Source of the DNA: Promethearchaeota archaeon
Lineage (GTDB): Archaea > Asgardarchaeota > Lokiarchaeia > Sigyniarchaeales > SOKP01
Assembly: GCA_016839765.1 (NCBI GenBank)
Contig: JAEOTP010000020.1
Location: 1-33,400 of the forward strand
Direction of reading: 5' to 3'
DNA: 33,400 nucleotides
The notes beneath the pieces are model-generated. The model was not told the origin of the DNA, ran no database searches, and worked only from the letters and a program-made list of their open reading frames with translations. The position numbers and the translations under genes were made by a program. Position 1 is the first letter of the stretch, and the number at the start of each line of letters is the position of its first letter. Shown one piece after another: positions 8,652 through 17,648 of the stretch.

Positions 8652-9104
8652 ATGGCTATTCTTGAAGTTGGAATAAATTTGGGAGTACGTAATCTTATTG
8701 AAATTAAATATTATTCTTCCTCAGATAATTTATTAGATCCAAACCTCAGAGCAGGATTTCTTTCCGCATTAGAATCATTTACAAATGAAGTATTTGGAGA
8801 TGACATAAATGTCGTTTCTTTAGCCTCATTTAAACTTGTATGCTATTGTGATTTAGTTGCTTTACCTAATGATCCTTCAAATAGCCAACCATTATTATCA
8901 TATGCAATTATTGAAAAAGAAACAGATGCAGAAATAGTAAAAAAACTTTTAAGCCAATTAAATTCACACTTTTTAAATAGATATTCTCTAAACGATATTT
9001 TTTCAAAAAAAGATAAATATTTTAAAATATTTGCTGATAGAATAAATGCAATTCTCGGAGATTTAAGATTAAAAACTGAAGATCGATTTAGATCGATTTT
9101 TTAA
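8652..9104 (+). CDS. Stand-alone longin-like domain protein
   Basis: Beta-beta-alpha-beta-beta-beta-alpha-alpha pattern, with 'DPNLRAGFLSALESFTNEVFG' (typical first helix of Asgard longin domains) and 'LLSQLNSHFLNRY...F..F..RINAIL'. Confidence 0.7.
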   Translation: MAILEVGINLGVRNLIEIKYYSSSDNLLDPNLRAGFLSALESFTNEVFGDDINVVSLASFKLVCYCDLVALPNDPSNSQPLLSYAIIEKETDAEIVKKLLSQLNSHFLNRYSLNDIFSKKDKYFKIFADRINAILGDLRLKTEDRFRSIF

Positions 9105-9176
9105 AAAGAAAAAGTCAAAAGTAAAATCTAATTATTTTAATACTTGATAAACATAATTCTATGGTGTTTTAGGTTT

Positions 9177-10379
9177 ATGAGTTCGAATATTGGACCAGAA
9201 GCAAAAGCGGCTTATCAAAAATATTTGGATGCTTCTACTTTGGAAGAAAAAATTAATCGCTTAGAAGAATTTATATCCCTTATTCCTAAACATAAAGCAA
9301 CTGAGAATATTGTAGCTTTAAATAAATCTCGTCTCGCAAAGTTAAAAAGAGAACAAGAAGATCAAAAGACTCGAAAAAAAGTTACAGCAAAATTAATTAG
9401 CCCCTTTTCGATTAAAAAAGAAGGTATTCAAGTTATTTTAATAAGTGATTATTACACACCTGGTGTGGGTAAAACATCATTATTAAATTTATTAACAGGG
9501 GCAGCAGAAGAAAAAATAGGTAAATTTACTCCCATACCAGAAATTGGCATTTATGAGTATAATAAAATTCGTTTTCAAATTGTTGACATGCCTTCAATAA
9601 TGAAAGGTGCGTCAACTGGAATGGGTAATGGTAAAGAAATTCTCTCACAATTACGATCCTGTGATTTATTATGTTTTTGTATAGATTTATCTCGAAATTA
9701 CGAGAACCAGATGAACATACTATTAAATGAGTTAGATTATGCTAACATTCGAATCAATTTTTCACCTCCGCCCATATCAATTGAAAAAACTGGGTCTAAT
9801 AAAGTTCAAGTTTTTTATCTTACAAGTGAAGCAAAAGACACCGAAAAATTTGAAGAATTAACGGAGAGAATAAAAGAACTGGTTAATGCGAGTGGTATGA
9901 GAAATGCTATTGTAAAAATTTATGGTGAAATAACCCTCACTGATATAGTCGATGCATTGAATCCATCTGTTGTATATAAAAAGGCAATAATTATAGGAAC
10001 TAAGGGGGATCTTCCTCAAACAGAGAAGAACTTTGAAAAATTAAAAAAATCCTATTCAAATATGTTCCCAATTATAATAGGAACGAGTGTAAAAAAAGCT
10101 GAAATGCCAGAGAACTTTGGAGAAATAATTTTAAAATTTTTAGGAAAAATTAAAATATATACTATGCATAAAGGAGTCATTGCCCAGAAACCACTGGTAA
10201 TAGATTCAGAATCTAATGTGCCACTAATTAAAGATGTTGCTTTAAAAATTCATAAAAGCTTCTATGACCAATTTGATTATGCTGTAGTTATTAGAGAATC
10301 AGATCGTCAAAAGCGTAAAAAAGTAGGTTTAGATTATGAAGTAAAAGATAATGATATTATTGAATTATTTACCAAATAG
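9177..10379 (+). CDS. DRG/RBG-family (OBG superfamily) GTPase with C-terminal TGS domain; atypical G motifs
   Basis: N-terminal 'IPKHKATE..VA....RLAKLK', 'VGKTSLLNLLTG', 'FQIVDMP', 'IKIYT', 'DVALKIH...F.YA', 'KVGLDY...DNDIIE'; ATG at 9177. Confidence 0.9.
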   Translation: MSSNIGPEAKAAYQKYLDASTLEEKINRLEEFISLIPKHKATENIVALNKSRLAKLKREQEDQKTRKKVTAKLISPFSIKKEGIQVILISDYYTPGVGKTSLLNLLTGAAEEKIGKFTPIPEIGIYEYNKIRFQIVDMPSIMKGASTGMGNGKEILSQLRSCDLLCFCIDLSRNYENQMNILLNELDYANIRINFSPPPISIEKTGSNKVQVFYLTSEAKDTEKFEELTERIKELVNASGMRNAIVKIYGEITLTDIVDALNPSVVYKKAIIIGTKGDLPQTEKNFEKLKKSYSNMFPIIIGTSVKKAEMPENFGEIILKFLGKIKIYTMHKGVIAQKPLVIDSESNVPLIKDVALKIHKSFYDQFDYAVVIRESDRQKRKKVGLDYEVKDNDIIELFTK

Positions 10380-10448
10380 TTGCTTTATTTTAGTTCTCTC
10401 TCTTAACCTAAAATTTTCTCATTTTCAATTTAGAGAATTAGATAGTCT

Positions 10449-13142
10449 CTATTCATAAATTTGAGTACTTTTTATACGACCAACAATTAGAGGTATTTTA
10501 TCTAATTCTTGTTCATATTTAGAATCTAATTTTGGAATACCCTTTAAAATGTTTAAGATGGCTTCAAAAGAATAGATAAGATTCTCTAGATAGTCAATGA
10601 TATCACCTTTAAATATTAAAATTTTATATTCTTCTTCAAAAAATTGACTAATTTCGTCAATTGAAAATCTATCATCAATTCTTAAGGATAGTAATAACTT
10701 TTCCAAATTTTTTCTTCCACATTCACAATAAGGGTTATCTTTACAAGTGCAATTAAAAATGTCCCTAACCCATTTTGTAATATATTCAATAAATTCATTA
10801 GAAAATTTCTTCCTTTTTTTTACATATTCAGCGTCCATCAAAGATAAAACACTCGCACTAAAAAAATTATTACTAAAATATTTCATATTAATATTTTTAG
10901 ACAAATCCGCTACGACCTTTTTTGATAAGTAAACATTTTTCAATGGTTTTAATTCAAGCACTATATCTATTAATTTTTCTGACTTTAGTTTTAAGGTATT
11001 AATAATTTCTAAGCTTTTATCAATTGTTAAAAAGGATTTAGCAATTGCCTGTCCCAATTCGGATACATAATATGCTGAATTATCATTTATTAAAATCAAT
11101 TTTAAAGTTAATAATTTTTTAAGAAATAAGTCTAAATTATAATCCGCATTTATTAGTTTTTGATTGAATTCATAAATCTGCTCTATATTTATACCCTCTC
11201 TGAACATTGAAATAAAGGCAAGTAATTCTGTTATTGATTTATCTTCATTTGGTTCCAATTCGAAATCCTTTATTTTTCCATTTAATAATTTAATCGCTAT
11301 ATCTTCTTCAGTAATTTTCATTTTAGGCATATATATTTTATTAGGCTCAACCAATACATATGCTAAACCAATTTCATGTTTCCCCAATCTACCAGCTCGT
11401 CCTAACATTTGTTCAAATTCTGCTACTGTTAGAATTTTTATTCCCATTGCCAGAGACTCAAAGATAACTTGCTTTGCAGGAAAATCCACTCCTGCGGCTA
11501 ATGCAGCAGTAGCAACTACAGCTGAAATTGTTTGTTTTTGGAACTCCATTTCGATTAATTTTCTTTCTTCACTTGTTAACCCAGAATGATACGCTTGTAC
11601 TTTAATTCCTTTTGTACGTAAATATGATGATAAAGATTCACATTTTTTTCGTGAATTAGTAAAAATAATAGATTGACCTCTAAACCCATAGGTAGATTTC
11701 TTAGAAAAAGCTGATTGAATTAATTTTACCATAAATTTTTGTTTTAAGGATTCGTTCAAACATAAAATTAAATGACGTTCAATAGGTACAGGTCTATTAT
11801 TATAGTTAATTAAAATGCAGTCTAACTTTTTAGCTAAAATTTCTGGGGCACCAATAGTCGCACTTAAATATAAAAATTGAACAAGTTTAAAATTAGACTT
11901 TAATCTTGCAATAAGACCATCCAATAAGTAACCTCTTTCAGAGTCTATAAGAGTTTGAATTTCATCAATTATTATTGTTCCAATTGTCCCTAATTTATCT
12001 TTATTTCCACTTCGCAAAAGGTAATCAATGGCTTCATATGTAGCAATAATAATATCTGCATCGATCAAATCGTCTAATTCAAGATTTTCAAAATTATCTA
12101 ATAGTGATTCACCTATCTTTTTAACAACCTTTAAATTCAACTTTCTATATTTTTTTTCAAATTCTTCCGTTCTGACATTTGCTAAAGCAACAATAGGTAC
12201 TAAATATAGCATTTTTAGCTTTTGTTGTAATACTTTTGTAATCCCTGCTATCTCTCCAATTAAGGTTTTTCCTGAAGATGTAGGCGCCATAACAATTTGA
12301 TTATTATTGGACTCTAATAATCCGTTTTCAATTGAAATTGCTTGAATAGGTAATAAGGTTTGAATTGCTTGTTCCTTTAACAAATATTGAAATTCATGAG
12401 GTATTAAAACCTCATCAATAGAATAGTATAAGTACTTTTTACTTAATTTAGGGCTTTTTTCAATATCATATAGTGTGATATCTCTATTTCTTACTGGATT
12501 AAAATCTGCTTTAAAAGCGACTAATACTTTATCAATATTTTTAAACTTTAAGAGCAGATGATTGAAAAAGTTTTTTAGTTTTGGGTTGATCTTTTCAGTT
12601 GAAATCAAACCAGTAAGTTTAGCACGGTTTAGAACAATCTCTAAAGCACATTCAGAACAAATAATTTGGTTTTTGAGTGATTTTATTTGTTGATTTTTGT
12701 TTAATATATTAAATTTATTATTTCCCAAGCAGACTCTGCAAAAAGTCAAATCAATTATGCTTTCAGTGTTTATATGGAAATTTTTAAACATTTTCTTTAT
12801 ATTTAAAAGATCTTGTGAATCACTATGACTTGGAAATGCAATAAATTCATTCTTATCTGAAAGTAGGAACTTTCTAAAGAGTTTTGGATCGATTGGCTCT
12901 TTAATACCATCTTTTAATATTTTTACAAAAGATAATGGACGAATTTTATTTTTAAAATCTAATCCAAAAAGAATTATTCCCCTAAAAAAGGGCTTATTAA
13001 CATAAGTAATTGTTTTGGATTTTCTGTTAAATGATTTCAAGTAAAAGAAATTTATATTAAACAAAAGTTCTTTTTTACTTTCATTATTTCTATCTAATAC
13101 AATAAAAAATCTTCTTTTAATTATACTCAATAGAAGAATCAC
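10449..13142 (-). CDS. Archaea-specific Ski2-like SF2 helicase (COG1202 / ASH-Ski2 type) with N- and C-terminal Cys clusters
   Basis: Q motif 'LLPIQ', motif I APTSSGKT, II DEIQ, III SAT, V 'ALAAGVDFPA', VI QMLGRAGR; N-terminal CRVC...CSEC; C-terminal 'CTCKDNPYCECG'; start GTG 13142 or TTG 13130. Confidence 0.9.
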   Translation of the reverse strand: MILLLSIIKRRFFIVLDRNNESKKELLFNINFFYLKSFNRKSKTITYVNKPFFRGIILFGLDFKNKIRPLSFVKILKDGIKEPIDPKLFRKFLLSDKNEFIAFPSHSDSQDLLNIKKMFKNFHINTESIIDLTFCRVCLGNNKFNILNKNQQIKSLKNQIICSECALEIVLNRAKLTGLISTEKINPKLKNFFNHLLLKFKNIDKVLVAFKADFNPVRNRDITLYDIEKSPKLSKKYLYYSIDEVLIPHEFQYLLKEQAIQTLLPIQAISIENGLLESNNNQIVMAPTSSGKTLIGEIAGITKVLQQKLKMLYLVPIVALANVRTEEFEKKYRKLNLKVVKKIGESLLDNFENLELDDLIDADIIIATYEAIDYLLRSGNKDKLGTIGTIIIDEIQTLIDSERGYLLDGLIARLKSNFKLVQFLYLSATIGAPEILAKKLDCILINYNNRPVPIERHLILCLNESLKQKFMVKLIQSAFSKKSTYGFRGQSIIFTNSRKKCESLSSYLRTKGIKVQAYHSGLTSEERKLIEMEFQKQTISAVVATAALAAGVDFPAKQVIFESLAMGIKILTVAEFEQMLGRAGRLGKHEIGLAYVLVEPNKIYMPKMKITEEDIAIKLLNGKIKDFELEPNEDKSITELLAFISMFREGINIEQIYEFNQKLINADYNLDLFLKKLLTLKLILINDNSAYYVSELGQAIAKSFLTIDKSLEIINTLKLKSEKLIDIVLELKPLKNVYLSKKVVADLSKNINMKYFSNNFFSASVLSLMDAEYVKKRKKFSNEFIEYITKWVRDIFNCTCKDNPYCECGRKNLEKLLLSLRIDDRFSIDEISQFFEEEYKILIFKGDIIDYLENLIYSFEAILNILKGIPKLDSKYEQELDKIPLIVGRIKSTQIYE

Positions 13143-13215
13143 TAAAATCTATCTTAATAAGATAATAAATGAAAAATATTAATTCAACTTTTCTCTAAAT
13201 AAATTATATAAACAT

Positions 13216-13240
13216 TTTAAAAATGAAAGAAGGAAAAAGA
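13216..13240 (-). terminator. Pyrimidine/oligo-T tract, candidate archaeal terminator of the 53-aa ORF
   Basis: Minus strand reads TCTTTTTCCTTCTTTCATTTTT shortly after the stop at 13249. Confidence 0.4.
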
Positions 13241-13248
13241 ATTAAGAA

Positions 13249-13410
13249 TTAAAAACCAAAAACTTGTTTTATTTTATCATAAATTTCCTTGATCTGTTTA
13301 AGTTTTGTCTCATCTCCTTGGTTTAGAAAGTGTTCAATCCATTGTTGTAACCCACCTTGCTGAATCCATTGCAGAAAATACTCAACTGCTTGGCGTTCGT
13401 CAGCAGACAT
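13249..13410 (-). CDS. Small (53 aa) helical protein of unknown function
   Basis: Not in the ORF track. MSADERQAVEYFLQWIQQGGLQQWIEHFLNQGDETKLKQIKEIYDKIKQVFGF*; visibly more GC-rich than its flanks; purine-rich leader AAGAGAGAAAA; TTTATATA box about 45-50 nt upstream; T-tract downstream. Confidence 0.8.
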   Translation of the reverse strand: MSADERQAVEYFLQWIQQGGLQQWIEHFLNQGDETKLKQIKEIYDKIKQVFGF

Positions 13411-13544
13411 TTTTCTCTCTTAGTTTTTTTTGTTTATAATTATAATTTATTTCTATATAAAATTATAAATTATTCTATTTTATATTTTTATAATTTTAAT
13501 CTAATTAATTAAAAGGATATTAAAAAAAATAAAGTGAGATCTTT

Positions 13545-14504
13545 ATGCCAGATGTAAGAATTAAAACTCCAAATTTGGATGATATTTTCGAAAAGTGGAA
13601 ACAAGGGGCTGTTAGAAAGGATCGGAAGCATATGGAAAAACAATTTGGTACAAAAGGAGCTATCTTTTCCTTAGACGTTATATCTGCTGCGGAGTACGTT
13701 AAAGACACTATGAAAGAAGCAGCTATTTATTTTGCAGTTAAAAAAACTCTTGGACCCGCACCAATAGGTAAAGAAGAAAATGTTTTATTACCACCAAAAC
13801 TAGCTAGATTATATTTTTATTCTTTTAAGGGGTCCGGAAAAGTTGATAAAGAAACTTGGAAGGGTGATGAATTAGTGCCAATTTATGAATCTATTCAACC
13901 AGTATCTTGTAAGCGTTGCGGAGGAAAAGGATATATAGAAGAAAAGTGTAAGACCTGTAATGGAAATGGTAAAATTGAAGAAAATATAATCGTTTATGTA
14001 GGAGAAGAGCAAAAAAAAGAAAAGAAACCTTTTTCTTATTCATGTAATGTTTGTTATGGAACAGGAAGTCGCCGTAATCCATGTAAAGAGTGTGGAGGTC
14101 ATAAAAACCTATACAAATATGAAATTCTACCCGTTCCATTTAAGACAGTAGTTACAGGAGTCCCAGTACTTCATAGTAGTGCCCAAACTAGATACGAGAA
14201 GGAAATGGGAGAAGATCTTCACAAAATGCTTGAAGATGTCGAGGGAATTAAATTCAATGAATTTAAAGAGTTAGAGTCAAAAGCAGAAGCTTCCTTGGGT
14301 TATTGGAATAAAAATATAAAAAGGACTATTAGTTCAGCTGGGAGTGATCATAAAAGTTATCAAAAAGACAAAGATGTGCAGATAACGACACAGATCTATC
14401 TATTTCCACTAATTCAAATGTTTTGTGAAACTAAAAAAGGAAAAAAATTCGAGATCTATAGTCTAGGCTCAGCAAATAAATTTATGATCTATTCGAATTT
14501 TTAG
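13545..14504 (+). CDS. DnaJ-type zinc-finger protein without J domain (SSUH2-like)
   Basis: CKRCGGKG, CKTCNGNG, CNVCYGTG and CKECGGHK repeats; no HPD motif; C-terminus 'QIYLFPLIQMFCETKKGKKFEIYSLG' resembles the SSUH2 family as recalled. Confidence 0.75.
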   Translation: MPDVRIKTPNLDDIFEKWKQGAVRKDRKHMEKQFGTKGAIFSLDVISAAEYVKDTMKEAAIYFAVKKTLGPAPIGKEENVLLPPKLARLYFYSFKGSGKVDKETWKGDELVPIYESIQPVSCKRCGGKGYIEEKCKTCNGNGKIEENIIVYVGEEQKKEKKPFSYSCNVCYGTGSRRNPCKECGGHKNLYKYEILPVPFKTVVTGVPVLHSSAQTRYEKEMGEDLHKMLEDVEGIKFNEFKELESKAEASLGYWNKNIKRTISSAGSDHKSYQKDKDVQITTQIYLFPLIQMFCETKKGKKFEIYSLGSANKFMIYSNF

Positions 14505-14588
14505 TTTTTCCAAAATATCAAATATTTTTTTTAAAATTATTTAAATCTTAGAATGATCTTAATCAAAAAAAAAAAATCACTTAAAAGT

Positions 14589-14846
14589 TCATTTGGAGAC
14601 GGCTTTATGTAATAATATAATAAAATTACTTCCTTTTCTATAATCACCTTTAACTTTATCTTCAACCCAGATTGAGCCATCAAAAGTAGTTATTATCTTT
14701 TTAACTAGAGAAAGACCTAAACCTAATCTTGAAAAGATATTTTTGTTTTGTTCATCAATTTGAAAAATTAATTTTTTCTGTTCATCAGGAATCCCTAATC
14801 CGTTATCAATAAATTCTATTTTTAAATAAATCTGAGATCTTAACAT
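14589..14846 (-). pseudogene. Truncated HATPase_c domain of a sensor histidine kinase (gene remnant)
   Basis: G1 box DNGLGIP, F box, G2 box GLGLSLVK; no N box or HisKA domain; the frame is closed by TGA at 14895-14897 with no kinase-like sequence upstream. Confidence 0.65.
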
Positions 14847-14926
14847 AAAATTTATAAGTAAATCCCCGATATCTAGGTTTGAGCTTATATAAGTTCAAAC
14901 TTATAAATATTAAAAATGTGATTAAG

Positions 14927-15541
14927 ATGTCCCAAAATAAAAAAATATCAAAAAGTAGAAACTTTTTTGGATACTTATTACCTCAAAATCCTTTAATTAT
15001 CTCAATCATTGCCATTTTTGCAGCATTAACATGTGTGTTGACTTTAGTAATTAGAGTACCAGTTCCAACCACATCAGGATATATTAATATTGGTGATATA
15101 GCTGTAATGTTTACTGGGTTATTATTTGGGCCAATAATTGGAGGAATTGCTGGGGGTATAGGTCCAGCAATAGCAGATTTAATTGGTTACCCTCTATTTA
15201 CTATTCCTACTCTAATAATTAAAGGATTAGAAGGATTTGTTGTAGGACTAATCTCGAATCCAAGAGATAAAGAACTTAGAGTTGACTATCGAGATATTAT
15301 TGCTGTTGTGATTGGTGGTGTTATTATGGTATCAGGATATTTTTTAGTTGAGGCTTATGTATTCGGGATGGGTATTGGGGTAGCGTTGAGTGAAGTTCCT
15401 GGGAATCTCTTTCAATTTTTATTTGGAATAATTGGTTCTATTTTACTCATAAGTATCATGCGTAAAAATGTGATAGTTAACCTACCACATATTTTCAATA
15501 AAGTTTTTATATTTGAGTCTTTAGAAACATCATCAGAATAA
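14927..15541 (+). CDS. ECF transporter S component (substrate unknown)
   Basis: 'IAIFAALTCV...IRVPVPTTSGYINIGD...LLFGPIIGGIAGGIGPAIADLIGYP...TLIIKGLEG...EVPGNLFQ'; ATG at 14927 preferred. Confidence 0.9.
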   Translation: MSQNKKISKSRNFFGYLLPQNPLIISIIAIFAALTCVLTLVIRVPVPTTSGYINIGDIAVMFTGLLFGPIIGGIAGGIGPAIADLIGYPLFTIPTLIIKGLEGFVVGLISNPRDKELRVDYRDIIAVVIGGVIMVSGYFLVEAYVFGMGIGVALSEVPGNLFQFLFGIIGSILLISIMRKNVIVNLPHIFNKVFIFESLETSSE

Positions 15542-16945
15542 ATTAATAAGAGTTTCTAAAGCCTCTAATACTTTTTTTCCACTATCCATTATGGTATAGT
15601 ATACATTTTTCCCACTTTTTTCTCTGGATATTAATTTTTTTTCTTCTAACTCCTTTAAATGTTGATAAACAGCAGCTACACTAATTGATCCTAGCATATC
15701 TTTTATTTTAGTTCCATAAATACCTTTTTTACCTGCTAAAGAAATCTGAGTTAATATTTTCAATTTTGTACTTAATAAATTACCCATTCCAGCGGTTTTA
15801 GTTCTAGAGGAGAGTGCTTCTAAAACATAGGGTGCTTTTAATCCACTACCAGTAATAAGACAAACTATTTTTTCACTAGAATCAAATAATTCTTGCTGAT
15901 TTAAAATTTGAACTGCAGCTAAGGTTAAAGCAGAAGCAGGTTCAGCAAAAATACCTTCATTTCTAATTAATTCATCAATTGAATTTAAAATCAAATTTTC
16001 TGGAACAGCTAATGAAGTACCGTTACTTTCTTTTATAAATTTGATTGCTAAATCTTTATATGCAGGGTTTTTTACGAAAATACCTAATGCCAATGATTTT
16101 AAAATTTCCTTTTCTTCTCTTATTTTATGTTTTTTATGAAGAAACCCATCTACTATAGGAGCAGATATTTGAGATTGCACACCAATTAATTTTGGAACCT
16201 TTTGAATAATATTTGCTTCTTTAAGTTCATTATAGCTTTTCCATAAACTTACTAATAATTCCCCGCTTCCCATTGGAATTACTATCCAATCAGGAAGCCC
16301 TATTTGTTGATAAATCTCAAATCCAATTGTTTTTTGAGCTTCAATCGTAAGGGGGTTATATTCAGTAGTACATTGGTAATACTCTTTGTATTTAGAATCT
16401 AAAGCTAATTTAATAGCATCATCAATCAATTCCCCATCTACTATTATTTCAGAATTATAAGCAATCATCTGGGCTCTTTTTCCGATATCAATTTCACTTG
16501 GTATGATATTCACGCATTCTATTCCTTCTAATGATGCATAGGCAGCAATAGAAGCTCCTTGATTTCCATTAGAGGCACAAACCACTTTATCATATTCCCA
16601 ACTACGTGCGTGAGAAATTAATAATGCTGCAGGTCGATCTTTAAATGAATTGGTAGGATTTAGTGTTTCATCCTTGAAAAATAAATTTTTAAGTCCTAAA
16701 ATCTGTCCTATTTTTTCAGATTCCTTACATGGAGTACCACCTTCTCTTTTATCTAAAGAAACAAGAAAATCCTTTTCTATTTGTGGAAATGTAAAGTAAA
16801 AATCCCAAAAAGTATTAAGAGATTTGGAAAAATTACGTCGGTAGCTCTGAATATTTGTTTTAAACCACAAAAAACTTCCACAATGAGGGCATATATACTC
16901 AACTTTAGTAAATTTATATTCTCTGCTACAGTTAGTACAATTCAA
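15533..16945 (-). CDS. thrC: Threonine synthase (PLP fold type II) with N-terminal Zn ribbon and fused C-terminal winged-helix domain
   Basis: 'EGGTP', 'NPTNSFKDR' (PLP lysine), 'ASNGNQGAS', 'PMGSG', 'EGIFAEPASA', 'ITGSGLK'; tail 'TKLKILTQI...YGTKIKDML..ISVAAVYQHLKELEEKKLI....YYTI..SG' is ArsR/PadR-like wHTH. Confidence 0.85.
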   Translation of the reverse strand: MNCTNCSREYKFTKVEYICPHCGSFLWFKTNIQSYRRNFSKSLNTFWDFYFTFPQIEKDFLVSLDKREGGTPCKESEKIGQILGLKNLFFKDETLNPTNSFKDRPAALLISHARSWEYDKVVCASNGNQGASIAAYASLEGIECVNIIPSEIDIGKRAQMIAYNSEIIVDGELIDDAIKLALDSKYKEYYQCTTEYNPLTIEAQKTIGFEIYQQIGLPDWIVIPMGSGELLVSLWKSYNELKEANIIQKVPKLIGVQSQISAPIVDGFLHKKHKIREEKEILKSLALGIFVKNPAYKDLAIKFIKESNGTSLAVPENLILNSIDELIRNEGIFAEPASALTLAAVQILNQQELFDSSEKIVCLITGSGLKAPYVLEALSSRTKTAGMGNLLSTKLKILTQISLAGKKGIYGTKIKDMLGSISVAAVYQHLKELEEKKLISREKSGKNVYYTIMDSGKKVLEALETLINLF

Positions 16946-17124
16946 AAAAATGGGTTCCCGAATTACAAACTAACCTCGATAATATTAATTCTCTCAAAAA
17001 AAGTCTCTATATTTAATTATGGGTAATTTAATTTAATAAATTCTCTGCAAGAAAAAACAATATAAATAGATTATTTTAAGAAATTGCTATAAAGCTGAAG
17101 AAAAGTAAAAATAATTAAGTTCCT

Positions 17125-17607
17125 TTATTTTTTTATTATGTCATTAGAGGCATAAGCAGCAAGAATTTCGCCAAAAAATAAATTATGAATCGATAAATCA
17201 CCAGATTTATCAATATGTCTTACCTTACACTCATAACTTAAGATACAATCCTTAATCGTAGGTATTTTAATTCGTTTTCCTGGGATAATATCTAATCCAG
17301 CTTTATTAAATTTATCAACATCTCTTCCAGAATAATCTCCCGCTATTTCAATTGCTCTTATAATTTTATTAGAAGGAATATTTACGGTAAATTCATCTAT
17401 ATTTTTAGTTAATAATTCAAAAGAATAACGTGAAGGAGCGACACCAACAGTAATTATAGGAAGCCCCCACATTTCACCAATCATTTTATATAATAATGCC
17501 ATAACATTTGGCTTATTATTTTTATCTATTGTTACCAAGAGTGCAGCTTCAGACATAAAATACTCTATATAGTCATATGGTTGAATTTCATGACGTTTTT
17601 CTGACAT
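17125..17607 (-). CDS. Flavin reductase-like FMN-binding (flavoredoxin family) protein
   Basis: 'KPNVMA', 'PSRYSFELL....EFTVNIP', 'SGRDVDKF', 'ECKV', 'HNLFFGEI'; ATG at 17607. Confidence 0.9.
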   Translation of the reverse strand: MSEKRHEIQPYDYIEYFMSEAALLVTIDKNNKPNVMALLYKMIGEMWGLPIITVGVAPSRYSFELLTKNIDEFTVNIPSNKIIRAIEIAGDYSGRDVDKFNKAGLDIIPGKRIKIPTIKDCILSYECKVRHIDKSGDLSIHNLFFGEILAAYASNDIIKK

Positions 17608-17648
17608 TAAATTCACATAAGTATATTATTTTAATTCGGTTTCAATTT

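Noticed and set aside
10747-12300. Plus-strand ORFs 10747..10932 and 12028..12300
   Set aside because: Antisense to the helicase; composition typical of reverse-frame shadows
13520-14139. Minus-strand ORFs 13520..13708 and 13891..14139
   Set aside because: Antisense to the zinc-finger gene
13545-14504. dnaJ call
   Set aside because: No J domain/HPD motif or G/F-rich region
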